64,000 nucleotides of DNA, from positions 434,001 to 498,000 of the forward strand of contig NW_027117341.1 of NCBI RefSeq assembly GCF_038025025.1, read 5' to 3'. This document shows positions 37,337-49,310 of this stretch, one piece after another. The stretch's first letter is position 1. Each line of letters opens with the position of its first letter. The DNA comes from Phyllosticta citribraziliensis (Eukaryota). Below the pieces are notes generated by a model. That model ran no database searches, was not told the DNA's origin, and was given only the letters and a program-made list of their open reading frames with translations. Both the position numbers and the translations under genes were made by a program.

Positions 37337-38216
37337 CTACGGAAGACTCTTTTGCGGCGGGTCGTTGGGTGGAGTCCTGAAGAATTGCGGAAAAATTGTC
37401 CTCAGTTCCTCGAGGTCGTGAATCTGGTATTGCGAGGCTTGCTGGGGAGGCTCGGGCTCGGAAGACTCGACCAGATGGGCCGCTGTCCACCCAAGCTCCA
37501 AAGCCGCTTTGCAGTTGATAAAGGAGTCATCTGGGAAGAAATTAAATCGACGTCCGTCATGTGAGGATGCAAGACACCCACCAACAAAATAGCACTCCTC
37601 GACTCTTTGGACGCCGGCTTCTTGCATTGCTTTTGCAAACATGTCCTTGTGCGGCTTGCACACGAATTTTGCTGCGCCGTAATCGCAAAAGGTGATGCCC
37701 TCGAAGAAGTCTTCAACGCCCAGCAGGCGGACGACGCGTTTGCCGTGGTTGACGTAGGCATTGGTAAAGAGCCAAAGACGGACTCTGTCCGTGTCAATGT
37801 CTTGCAGCAGCTTCTTGAGCTTTGGGTTGGGCTTGATGACCTTCTCAAGCGGCAGGGCATCGTCGACTTTGCTGTTGTACTCTAGCGGGTCGACCTTGTG
37901 GTGGCGAACAAGGCCTTCAATGGCAAGGCCGTACTCCTTGTAGTAGCGGTTGTGCAGTTCGTTGGCTTCGTTCTGGGTGAGGGCCAGATGGGTCTGAAAG
38001 TACTGGTCTGGAGAGGCAACAGATGTGAGAGGGCCGTCGACGGGATCCGGAGCACAACCTACCAATCAAATGGGACATGATCTCGGCGACCTTTGTGCTC
38101 TTGGGATAGAGCTGGTGCAGTCAGCACCTGCAGGCTGCAATATGTAGTCACGGGATTTGGCTTACACAGTTGTCTATGTCGAAAAAGAGGACTGGCTTGG
38201 AGGAAGAGGACACCAT
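37337..38216 (-). CDS. SDT1: HAD-superfamily pyrimidine 5'-nucleotidase (Sdt1/Phm8-like)
   Basis: Exons 38216-38166, 38111-38063, 38007-37582, 37530-37337. HAD motif I 'FFDIDNCLYP', 'YYKEYGLAIEGL', 'WLFTNAY', 'CKP', and motif IV 'FVDDS' after splicing. Confidence 0.9.
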
Positions 38217-38948
38217 GTTGGCAGTGTGGAAACTTGTTGCAGCAAGGAGGGGTCTTTGAAAATGGCGGGAGCGGGCGACAAAGGAAGAGCCCGAGGAGCA
38301 CAAAGTGTGTAATGGCCGTAGACGATGTAGATGCATGTGTTGAGGAGTCAGAGAACCTTGGGGCAGTTCCTGGACCAGAGGCGGAAGTCAGGCCGGATGG
38401 GTGGGTGATGTCATGAGTCATGGGGGGATCTCGGGCGAACCTACTGCACTGCTCCCGTCGGCTGTCTCCGCAAGGAATCAAGTCGATGGGATGCAAGCAA
38501 GATGGGCGTGGAATAGAATGAAGCAGTGTGGATATCGGGTGGTCACGGGGGAGTGCAGAAGCCCGCCCGGCTCCAGAATTCGGTATGTCAGTCTTCACCA
38601 TCGGCTAGCCGACCCGAGGGTCTGTCGTTGTTCCTTGTGCAGCTCAGCTCGAGCTGCAAAGGTACATGTAGGCCAGTCCAGGGCGGTGAGCAAACTGCCA
38701 GGCTGGGGGTTCCTTCGGCCAAGCAGCCCGGCCAAGCCCGACCGACCACACTTGTACTGAGTACTCAGTCAGTCCTCGCTCACCCTCCCGAGTACTCAGT
38801 CGCATTCAGCCCGTCCATCGCTCGCTCGTCGTCGCCCTACATCTCCCATCTCCGCCGCACCAGGCGCTTTGGCTTTTGACAACTTTCTCTCTGAATCTGT
38901 CCAAGCCTCGCCGCGCTTGCTGTAGCCACTGCGACCGCCCCAGTCCTC

Positions 38949-41651
38949 ATGGCTTCTACTGGGCCGGCGCCTCGAGTGCAGGCATATGGGAATGGCCACG
39001 GCCATCCTCCAACCCCCGGCCTTGATGCTCGCCGATACGCAGACTTCTACAACCAGCTTGCTCAGTTGCGCGACCAGGTGCTCGCGGGCAAGCACCCGCA
39101 CTTCAAGATCCCTGACCATGTGCTAGAAAAATTCGTGGTTCAGAGTCGACCTTCGCCTACTTCGCGCGTTGCTGCCAACGGGCCTGCCAACGGCACACTC
39201 CCCCATCCCCTGCCTCCCCACCCTTTGGGCCAAAGCCCCTACACACCAACCCCCACACACGCTTCATCGCGGTCTGCGAGCGCCCAACACCCTTCTGTGC
39301 CGAAGCCTCCCTCCGAGATTGATCCTGTGCTTCTGACCAAATCCGACGATCTCATACGCGCTGAGATTCAGCTCAAGCGCCAACGAGTTGAGCGCTTGCT
39401 CAAAGATCAGGTTGAGCAGAGACGGGTGCAGTCAAAGGACAGAGATGCCACTCAAGATGTTGGTCCGGAGCTTGACGTAGCAGAAATACTGGCCAAAGTC
39501 CAGGACAAGGTTCCGCCGCTGTCTGCTTTGCCCCAAGAGACTAATGCCAACAGCCCGGCAAGTGATTCTTTCGATGAAAACTCGTATTACTCAAGCCAGG
39601 CAAACAGTTGGTCTTCGGAAGAGAGTGCGGGAAATGCAAGCGCCGCAGATGGCGCAGAGCCGCCGCTTTCTCGAGTCGCCAATGCCAACTCCGATTTCGC
39701 CAAGAGTATTGGCCTTTCCCTCTCGCAGAGGGAACTGCATGACGACTTGAATTTGGTCGACGACGGAGAGGAATCGGACTACGAGCCCCCTGGAGCCGAA
39801 GCTTTTGCTCCTGTGCCTCCGCCGGCCGACCCCCTACAACCCGTGAGCCACCGACCAGGAGCAAATGGCGCATCGGCAGTGCAGTCTAGTTCCACCCACG
39901 GTTCGATACCCTCTCCAGCAGTCCCCGTCATCACAAGTCACATTTCAACCCCAGTGGCCCCTCAACCCGCCCGCGTTTCGCCGCTGACACTTGCCAAAGT
40001 TCCTGGCTTGGACACTTCCCGAGGCTCTGGTGTCCAGCATCCTGTCGAGAGCGCGCAGTCATCCCCCAGAAATGCCAACCGAGGGAAGAGGAACGCAAGC
40101 CGCAATGATAATGAGCCCCGCTCTGGCCGGCAGAGCCCAGCTGCACCCCGCAACCAGAACAACAACTCGCGGAAACGTCGCAGGGAGCAAAAGGAAGCCC
40201 AGAAAGAGCCTCAGAAGCGAAACACGAACGCGAACAAACGCATCGCTGACTCTCCGGAACCGTACATCAAAGAGGAGCCCGTCTCACCACCTCCTCTTGG
40301 AACTTTGCCAGAGTCGTCATCAGATGCTGCACGTCGGGGGCGCGCTGGCCCAGATGACGTCGAAATCATTTCACCCCGTGAGACGCGTCCTCCAGTGTAC
40401 TATGTCGAGTACGAGCAGCCGCCGCACGCACCCAGGTATGAGATGGAGCCAGAAGTTGTTCGTGTGCCTTCACGTGTTGCGTACCGCAGGGTTACCGAGC
40501 GAGATGATCACGACCTCAGAAGATATGCGAGCCTGCAGTATGCCAGACGGCCTTATTCGCCGCAGCCAATTCCTTACGAGCCTGTCCGCTACATCGAGGC
40601 CCCACCAAGCGCTCCAATATACAGGGAAGGCTCTGTTCGACCAAGTCCCAGATACATCCGATCCGAGAGGTCGCTGTCTCCCCCCTATGGCCCAGATCCA
40701 TATCAACGGATGCGTACGCCTGCGCTCATGGCACCGCCACCACGCCAGAGGCGCATAGTTGTAGATCAGTATGGCAACAGGTACTACGCAGAACCAGCGA
40801 TCCCAGACATGCGAGCTTCAATGGCACCGCCGACTCGTGTTCGCAGCGGCGCAGTCGAAGAGATGATGTACGAGCATCCGAGAGCACGCGCGCCGACCCT
40901 CCAACCCATGACGCGGGCGGTAGACTTCGAAGACGAGGGCGTACAGCGCATGCCGCCTCCCCAGCACCGCCGATTCTACGACGAGGCGGACCTCGAGCCC
41001 GTCGACGTGCACAGAGGCTACAGGCAACGCGACTACTCGATGCGCCCCGTCGACCGCGAACCGTTGGCCCCGAGAGACGACCTCGGCCCTCCGCCGCCAG
41101 CAGAGCCCCTCGACCGCCGCCCCTTCCGCTACGAAGATATGCCCCCGCCGTCTATGCCGCCCGCGCGCGACTTTGCCGGCCGATCGTACAGCGTGCGGCC
41201 CGAGGCGCTCGGCGGCAGCAGCAGCAGACGCGACGTCCCAACCGACTACCACCTGTCACGCCACGGCAGCGTGGCGCCGCGAGGCGAGTATCCGCGGCGC
41301 GCAGCAGCCGGCCCAGCCGCCGAGCAGCAGCTTCTCGGCCCTCCTCCGCCTCCAATCGCACCTCCGCCGCAGCAGCGCGCCTACCGCGAAGTCAGCGTCG
41401 TCGGCGGTGGTGGCGCCCATCATCCAGCTGGCGAAGCAGCAGCGCCTCCCCCTGCTGCGGCCCCGTACGACGATCACCGACATGGCCGCTACGCTGCCGG
41501 CATGTATGCGGTGCCGCCGCCGCCGCCGCCGCCCGTGCGCGGTAGCAGGTACGCGGATGAGCCCGACTTGCTGGAGCGCGCGTCGCCCATGGTTGATGCT
41601 GGGTACATGTTCAACGGCGAGGCGGTGCCGCGGGTTGCGTACAGGTATTGA
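38949..41651 (+). CDS. Uncharacterised 900-aa Pro/Arg-rich, largely disordered protein, probably nuclear
   Basis: Long intronless ORF with short ordered-looking islands ('LRDQVLAGKHPHFK', 'IDPVLLTKSDDLIRAEIQLKRQRVERLLKDQ', 'SFDENSYYSSQ', 'PYIKEEPVSPPP', 'RIVVDQYGNRYY') and a basic 'RKRRRE' NLS-like motif. Confidence 0.8.
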   Translation: MASTGPAPRVQAYGNGHGHPPTPGLDARRYADFYNQLAQLRDQVLAGKHPHFKIPDHVLEKFVVQSRPSPTSRVAANGPANGTLPHPLPPHPLGQSPYTPTPTHASSRSASAQHPSVPKPPSEIDPVLLTKSDDLIRAEIQLKRQRVERLLKDQVEQRRVQSKDRDATQDVGPELDVAEILAKVQDKVPPLSALPQETNANSPASDSFDENSYYSSQANSWSSEESAGNASAADGAEPPLSRVANANSDFAKSIGLSLSQRELHDDLNLVDDGEESDYEPPGAEAFAPVPPPADPLQPVSHRPGANGASAVQSSSTHGSIPSPAVPVITSHISTPVAPQPARVSPLTLAKVPGLDTSRGSGVQHPVESAQSSPRNANRGKRNASRNDNEPRSGRQSPAAPRNQNNNSRKRRREQKEAQKEPQKRNTNANKRIADSPEPYIKEEPVSPPPLGTLPESSSDAARRGRAGPDDVEIISPRETRPPVYYVEYEQPPHAPRYEMEPEVVRVPSRVAYRRVTERDDHDLRRYASLQYARRPYSPQPIPYEPVRYIEAPPSAPIYREGSVRPSPRYIRSERSLSPPYGPDPYQRMRTPALMAPPPRQRRIVVDQYGNRYYAEPAIPDMRASMAPPTRVRSGAVEEMMYEHPRARAPTLQPMTRAVDFEDEGVQRMPPPQHRRFYDEADLEPVDVHRGYRQRDYSMRPVDREPLAPRDDLGPPPPAEPLDRRPFRYEDMPPPSMPPARDFAGRSYSVRPEALGGSSSRRDVPTDYHLSRHGSVAPRGEYPRRAAAGPAAEQQLLGPPPPPIAPPPQQRAYREVSVVGGGGAHHPAGEAAAPPPAAAPYDDHRHGRYAAGMYAVPPPPPPPVRGSRYADEPDLLERASPMVDAGYMFNGEAVPRVAYRY

Positions 41652-44232
41652 GATGAGAGTTGAGAGCTGAGGGGGACAGTCCTTTTTCCTGCCGCGTTGG
41701 CGCTGCTGGGCAGTAGAGCAGACGCATGCGTCGATGGCGGGAGACGCCAGGCAGCCCTGTCTTGTCTTGCTTGCTTGCAGGCGTTGTGTGTGTAGCATCG
41801 AGCAGAGTGTTTGGGAAGCAGCGCACGGATGGAGGAGTAATGGGGCGAGGGGACGAAAGCAGACATGCTCGTCAAAGGAAGAGAAGAGGGGAGGAAAGAC
41901 GTTGTTTCAATCAATCACTCGTGGACAGCGGAGAGGAAGCCCGGTGCGGGCGAGCGGGCACGGGTGCTGTCGTGTTTGGTTTGGCAGCTTCATGTTTATG
42001 CGTCGAGGGATTGATTGGTCCCCGCCGTGGCTCTGGGCCGCGATGGCAGTTGACGGACGTTGTCTGAGAGGAGAGAAGATCCATTCGTAGAATTATTGCA
42101 TCCTTCGTTTCGCGTTTTGCGACTCTTTGGCATGGTGACTGTGTTTGAGTGGGTGAGAGTGTCGTCTTGAGATGGATATTCAGCTTATACAGGCACGTGT
42201 CAAACACTTGACTCGACTCGACTCGACTCGACGCATGGCCATTTAAGATTCGGCAGCGGGAGAGCAAACGGCGACGGTACTGTGCCGGATGTTGTTCAAG
42301 GCCGGCCTACGCACCCCTAGTGCCTTGACCATCACGCCACGTTCAGATAAATCTGCATCTACAGAATGCAACAGGGGACGTCTGACAACGTGCTTCGGCT
42401 ACTCGTCGCTTTCACCCTCCAACACAGCTCCCGTCTACCCCTAGCTCCCACGCTACATTATTGCCGACACGACGTGCAAAGAAGACAGCGCACCCGCAGC
42501 GGTAAAGATGGCATAGCACTGAGTGGCAACGACTGACAATAGCTGAGGGTGGCAGTGCCGGTAGCTGTGGCAAGGCAAGAAGGCTAGGCACCGTGCCTTG
42601 GCCTGCCCGACCTTCCGTGTCGGAGACGGGACGGACGGACGGACGGACGGACTGTGGGGATGAGCGACGGATAGGTTGTCCGAGGCCGAGGCCGAGTCAG
42701 GTCCAATGCGTCGGAGGATAGGGGGCAAAGGGGGGAGGGATTCGATGATGGATGTTGGGGCATGCATGAGTGCGAGAGCTGAGATGGGTGAGGTGAAGGG
42801 AGGGGATGAGACGAGACGCGACGGCGAGATGGCAGGCCACGCTACGCGGCGTCGACCTTGCCTTTCTGGCATGCAGCCTGCGCTAGGGGAGTGCCTACGC
42901 CACGCCGCCGGAAGCAGCCAGGTCGCAGCAGGGTTAGCGCGAGGTGGCTAGTGAGCTGGCTAGATGGCTAGGTACGGTAGGTAAGGTAGATGAGAGAGGG
43001 AGGGAGGGAGGGAGGGAGGAGGCGGGCAGGGAGGAGGGAGCGGTGACGTCGGTCTGGCGGGCCACCCACCCCGTCGGCTCCGCAGACAGCGGGAAGGTGA
43101 AGTACTGGGTGGTGCGTGGCGAAGGGGGCAGGGCAGCAACGAACGACAGCTGAAAGGGGGTGGTGGTGGTCAGAAATAGTGGTGGTGGTGGTGAGCGAAA
43201 AAGAGCGAGAGCAGGTCAGTCGAGGGGAGGGGGGGGTTACAGGCCAAACGACGGCTTGCCATGACGAAACAAGGCTGCCGGCTTTTCCGCCGTCCCGCGC
43301 CCGCGACGGGCCAATGGCGCGTGGGCGGCCTGACGGGCTCGCTGCGAGGGTGAGGGTGAGGGTGAGGGGGGCTGTGTGTGTGATGAGCGAAGGGAAGGGG
43401 AATGAAGCAGAAAGGTGCATGTGGTGAGTGTGTTGACGTTGGTGTGCTGCTGCTCATCTGACTATGTACACGTTCCGACGGCTCTGGTCTGATGCTTTTT
43501 TTGGTCTGCTCTGGTCTGTCTTTGTTGGGAGCAGACAGACTCGACCTTTTGCATCAAGGTTCGGGACGGCACACACCAACTTAGACACTGAGGTTCCTGA
43601 ACGCATTCCGGCGTCTAGTGTCTGAGGTGGTCGAGTGGCCAGCCATGTTTTGTTTTTTTTGACTCTGGCCGTTGCATCCTGCTGTCGTGTGGCCCAGCCT
43701 GATGTGTGATGACCTCGTCTTGCCGCCACCGCAGCCTGTCAGAGGGTCGACGACTGTCTGTAGCTATTCGAGTCGCAAGCTCCAGTCCGTCCAGTCCAAT
43801 CCCATCCCCTCCCATCCATTCCATGGGCGGCGTCAAGTCAAGGACAAGCAGGCAAGCATCAAGCATCGAGCTCCCGCTTCCGCGGCTGCACGCTCCCGTT
43901 GGCTTGGGGTGGTCAGGTTGCAGGTAGTCAAAGGCAGTCGTAGCGACGAGGAAGCAAATGGACAATCTCCATCGACTCGAGTCTTGTTGTTGTTGTTGTC
44001 CTCTCGTCGGCGCCCGGGATCGACTGCTTGGCGCGCGTTACTTAGTAAATCACTCCAGCTCCCGAAGCGGGATCGCTCTCGCCTACCGCCCTTCTCTCGT
44101 CCAACGACCACCACCCCAGCCAACCTGAACTCCACCAATCTGCACCGCACCGCGACTCTTCCATCTCCATCTCCCCCCCGCCCCCCCTCCATCTCGCTTT
44201 CTACTCGATTGCGGGGCGTGCTCCAGGCCACG

Positions 44233-47200
44233 ATGCACAAGATATCAAACTTCACAGGCCAGGCCCGCCATGGATGGGAGAAGATGACGCCCTCGATGGG
44301 CTTCGGCATGTCACGATCACATAACGACCTTCCCAACCCGCCCGTCAAGCGACCCACCAACGCCGCCGCCGTCACGCCCACCATAACCCCCGGCACCTTT
44401 GTCAATCTCTCCTTCAACGTCCCCTTTGCCAGCAACCTCGCCGGCCCCGACGCCGACGATGTCATCTACGCAAGTCCTGGCGCCTTTACCCGCTGGACCC
44501 GCCAGGAAGACGTCCAAGATGCCTCACCGCCACCTCCCGCCCACACCCTGCCCGTCCACGTAGCAAACGTCGACAACCTGCGCTCCCTGTGCCGACACCT
44601 CTCCACCACCAGCTCCGGCGCCTTGGAAGCGACCGTCGTCTGCTCCGAGCCCAAGCCGTTGCCCGGACTACAACGCGCAACCACCCTCGTCACAAACGTC
44701 TGTCTGTCCGGAGAGTCTGAGCTGGTGCGCTCGATACGTTGCAAGATTCTCAACGAAACGCCCATTTCGCTGGTACGTCTGGATTCGGCCCGTGTGAGGT
44801 GGCTGTCGGGTGTGTTCAGTGTGCTGACAGGCTTTTTCGCCCTTTCCCAGCGGTGTGCCACGGTAGACATAGATTACAGCCTCGTCTTTGAACACGAAGG
44901 CGTCAAGTCGCAGGTCCTCAACCACCTCGACGAAATTGCAAAAGTCACAAAGGCCGACATCTTTCTGCTCCAACCCAAGCCCGTCGACATTGAGTCGGCC
45001 AGCATCAACGGCACCCTGCACGATGCCGAGCAGCGCCTCCGCTGCGCCATCTACGGCGACATGGAGAGCGCAGAACACGCAAAGACCCGAGTCTTGATCA
45101 TGATCGACCAGATCGTACGTCTCGAGTGCCTGGCCAATCATGTCATGTTCATCAACTAACGTTGTCAGCTCCACCGCCATGTCGACACAATGAAGCTTGA
45201 GCTCTCGATGCACACGCTCATTTGCGGCCGCGTCCGCAAGAACATCAAGTTGATAGAGTCAGCCACCAACACTGCCATTTACTTCCCGCCGCCCTTTCCT
45301 AGACTGTACGGCTACACCCCGCCGGGAGCCGTCAGACGACCAGAGGACGAAATCATCATCACGGGCAAGAATCCCGACGACATTCTTGCGGCCAAGCGCA
45401 AGTTGCACGATCTGGTCCTGAGCACACGGGCCTTTGTCAAAGAGGTTGTCGTCACTCCCACAAAGATCGACAGCATCCTGCTCGAGCGCCTCGATAAGGT
45501 GCGGAAGATTATCGAGAACAATGGCTCCTACATTTTGCTGCCTCCACTAGGATACCAGCGCGGTCCGATTCGCGTCCAGGGAACTGATGTACTGAACGTT
45601 GAGCGGACCGTGCGGGAGCTCATGGCTTTGGTACGTTTCCCAATACGAAATGCTGTGCCATATCTTGATACTGATGATCTACATTGCAGGCCGGCCAATT
45701 CTACAGCGCCTCGTGGTGCATCACCCACGCGGACCAGAACCAGAGGCCACCTACCCCTGATGACGTGCGGGCCATGCTGTCTGACATTTGCATCAACTCG
45801 GGTGCTGAGATTAGCTTCGAACGGCTCAACTTTCACATTAGCGGCTCCGACGATGCCGTCAAGGCTGCCATGATGGTGATCAACAACATCCCCTTTGTCA
45901 GGAAGTCGCAGTACCAAATCAGCGTCAAGATCGAGCTGGCCAATGAGCACAAGGAATTCGTCAGCGGCAAGAAGAATGGTAAGATCAACAAGATCATGAG
46001 TCAAAGCAACGTTCAGATTGTCTTTGACGGCTTCAACGAGTACAACTTTTACATCGTTGTCCGCGGCGGACGCTACGACGACGTCAAGGGTGGTCTGGAC
46101 CTTGTTGAGCAGGAGATGCCTGCTGCCATATCTTTCCACGTGCCCGATCAGTACCACAAGCGCATCATTGGCATTGGCGGCCAGCACATTCAGAGGATCA
46201 TGAAGAAGTACTCGGTCTTTGTCAAGTTTTCCAATGCCATGGACCGCGGTGGCCTCGGCAAGGAAGAGGACGACATCAAGGTCGACAACGTCATCTGCCG
46301 TACGCCTGCTCGCAACGCTCAGAACCTCGACCTCGTCAAGCAAGAGATTATGGACATGGTTGAAAAGGTCGACGCCGAGTTTGTCTCGGAGCACGTCGTC
46401 ATCAACCGTCTGTACCACCGTGAGCTCATTTCTCGCATGTCCGAGATTGAGGACCTCGAGAAGAGGTGGAACTGCAAGGTCGTCTTTCCCAGCACCGAAG
46501 AGGCCAGTGACGTCGTGACTGTTTCCGGTCCCGAGTACCAGGTGCCTCAGGCTGTCGACGAGTTTCTCGTAAGTTACCGAAATAGATTATAGCGCACTCG
46601 AGCTGACAGGTTTCAGGCCATGGTTCCCGAGACGCATGAGATGAGCTTCTTCGCTGCCCCTGACTTGAAGGATTACCTTAGGTCGGAGGAGTTCAATAAG
46701 GATGTGCTCGCCAAGATGAAGACTCAGTACAACATTGAGGTTCACGTCAACGAATCGCAGCCTGGCCTCGCCGACAACCCGGACCGCTCCGTCGAGACTG
46801 TCGTCATGAGTTACACTCGCAACTATGCGGGTGGTCTCAAGGACGCCCTCGACGAATTCGTCGCTCGCCTTGCTGGACATGGCCTTGAAGTCACCCAGAT
46901 CATCAAGGGAGCCATTCCCAGGCCCAAGTCCGACTCGTTTGAGGACAGCCTGCCGTACTTTGCCTCCAAGGTTCTGCAGCCTGCCGAGCCGCGCGTCGAT
47001 TCGACCGACTCGCCCACGCGATCCGTGTTTGGTGATGACAGCAGCGAGCGTGTCGGATTCCTCGACCGCCTCCGCAAGCCTGGCAGCATGTCGTCATTCA
47101 CCTCCTTCATTGACCGCAGGAAGAATGGTTCCAACTCGCCTGGCTCCCTGTTCACGCACGGCTCTCGCAACGCGTCCAAGGCCTCGCTGGTCTCCTTGGA

Positions 47201-47477
47201 GTCGCAGAGCAGCTACCGCAACCCCTGGAACGATAGTGGCATCAACCTCCCCGATGACGACCAGCATGCCAATGGCTGGACCGCGCAGCCAGCCGCCGCC
47301 GCCGCCGCCTTTCACCACTCCAACTCGTCCAAGCTTTCTTTTCACAGTACCACTGCTACTGCCGCCCCTGGTGACATGACGCCACGGTACGACCCGCGCG
47401 CGTCTGTCGACAGTGGGCGCCCTAGCACTTCTCATTCTGCTTCTGGATACCCGGCCCCGATTGGGCCTCCTCGTTGA
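44233..47477 (+). CDS. Multi-KH-domain RNA-binding protein (Mug60/YLL032C-like)
   Basis: Exons 44233-44772, 44851-45114, 45169-45630, 45690-46568, 46617-47477. KH cores 'HTLICGRVRKNIKLIESATNTAIYFP', 'HKEFVSGKKNGKINKIM', 'YHKRIIGIGGQHIQRIMKKYSVFVKF'. Confidence 0.88.
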
Positions 47478-49310
47478 TACCTCGAAAAGTCGTGAAAGAG
47501 ACGTTTTTTTATTCGACGAAAAAGCTTTCTCTCTTTCTCTTCGTCAGTGAAGATACCCCCGCAAACGAACTTTTTGCCCTCCCCAAAAAACAAAACATAC
47601 ACGAACTGGGAGACGACGACGAAACCAAACTTGAAATACCCCCACCCCAACTCCTCCATTGACAATCGAAATATCTGGCTATGAAAGAAGAAGACAATAT
47701 ACCCCCACGGGCGAAGGCAAGAGAGGGAAGAAAAGCGAAATACCCACTTGTGGCTTTTTTTCATCTCCTTGTGGCTGCCTTCGCCCCTTTCTTCGTGTGC
47801 TGTATCTACGCGGTGTTGTTTTGTCTTGTTGTGTTGCGGCGCTTTAGTGCTGGTTTGGCGGGGCAAGGGCGTTTTTTCTTTTTCTTTTCCTTTTCGTTTG
47901 ATCTCATTGCGGTGCTGCGTTTTTCGTGTCTCCTTGTTTCCTTGTCGCAATCCTTTTTCTACCCTCTCTCCTGTGCTCTTTTGAGTTATGCCCCCCTATA
48001 CGTGAGTGGGGAACGGATACCTCGTCTCGGCTTGCTTCTTCACTCACAAGACCCCCCTTTCCCTTTCTCTACTACTACTACTACCATCCCCTCACTCACA
48101 ATGTTAACAAGGCGCGAAAAGAAATATACCAATTTGCTTTTTGAAAAACCTTTGACGACTGCCTCCCTGCCTGTGTTGTTTGTCTGTCGTTGAATCATGA
48201 TCTGAAACCCCCTGGATGCTGTGCTGCTCTTTTCCATCCATCCCTCCTTCTTGCCCTGTTCGGCGCCTTTTGCACGTGTGTTTACTTTTGCATGGTTGCT
48301 GGGTTGCGCATGGATAGGTAGGTTGGTTCCAGGTCTGCAGGCAACGATGGAGGCTCCGAGGTGGAAGGCAACGACGGAGAGGCAGAGGAGGATGCGGTCA
48401 CTGGGAATCGAGGAGGCAAGCAGTGTGTCCGACAGGTTCTGGTTTTTGGGTTCGTTCGTTCCTCAGCAACCTCGTCTTTCTTGTGGTACGCTTTTCGTTC
48501 CCAGTCGTCTCCTGGCGATGTGAGATGCAAGTGCACAACACGGCTTCGTTTTTTTTTTTTTTTTCGATAGAGAATTTGAATTGAGTTCAACTGAATGGGA
48601 CAACGGGCCACCTCAGATATATACAGATGAGCGTCCGGCTGGCTGGCTATCTAACGCCGCCGCGTGTTGGGTGATTGCAGCGTGCCGATCTTGCGGCGCG
48701 GGAGAGGGATACAGTTGGTTGGTCTCGGAGCGAACAGCTATCTCTGGCAGGTATTTATATGGACACGATTTCGGTTGAGCACCAACACGATGAGTGTTTT
48801 GTGGACTGTGGCACAGTAATGGAAGCGTCTAGTGTGGGTTCGGATATGGGGGTGGCCGGCTTGAGCATGGAGGGTTCCTTGTGGATGGTGAGTGTGCTGT
48901 GATTGGCCGCAGCCGGTCGAGCTCCAGATGACGCAAGGACCGCCATCCATCCATCATTCGGCATCCATTGTAAGGTGGGGAGCTCTCGGTGTCTTTCTTG
49001 TCTTCGTGCACCTCTACACAACGAACGGAAAGCTTGCATTGCATCCTGTGACTCTAGTCGCCGTTTAGCGAGTCGACTCCTGCCTGGGTAAGTGCATTGC
49101 AGACTGAAGGTGACGGGGTCGACGCGAGTGCATTGTCGCTGACTTTGTTTTCTGTAGAAACTCGACCACAGCTCCATCTCCAACGTCCAACTCTTCCATC
49201 CATCCACGAACGAGTCTTCGATAAACCGCGCACCGCGCCACACTAGCGGCACATAACCCACGCCACATCACTCTTGCACCGAGGAGACAGTCAAAACACC
49301 ACCAACAATA

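Noticed and set aside
43672..44232. 187-codon in-frame N-terminal extension of the KH protein
   Set aside because: Begins at a non-ATG codon and reads as pyrimidine-rich leader. The ATG at 44233 has good context and opens the coding-like sequence.
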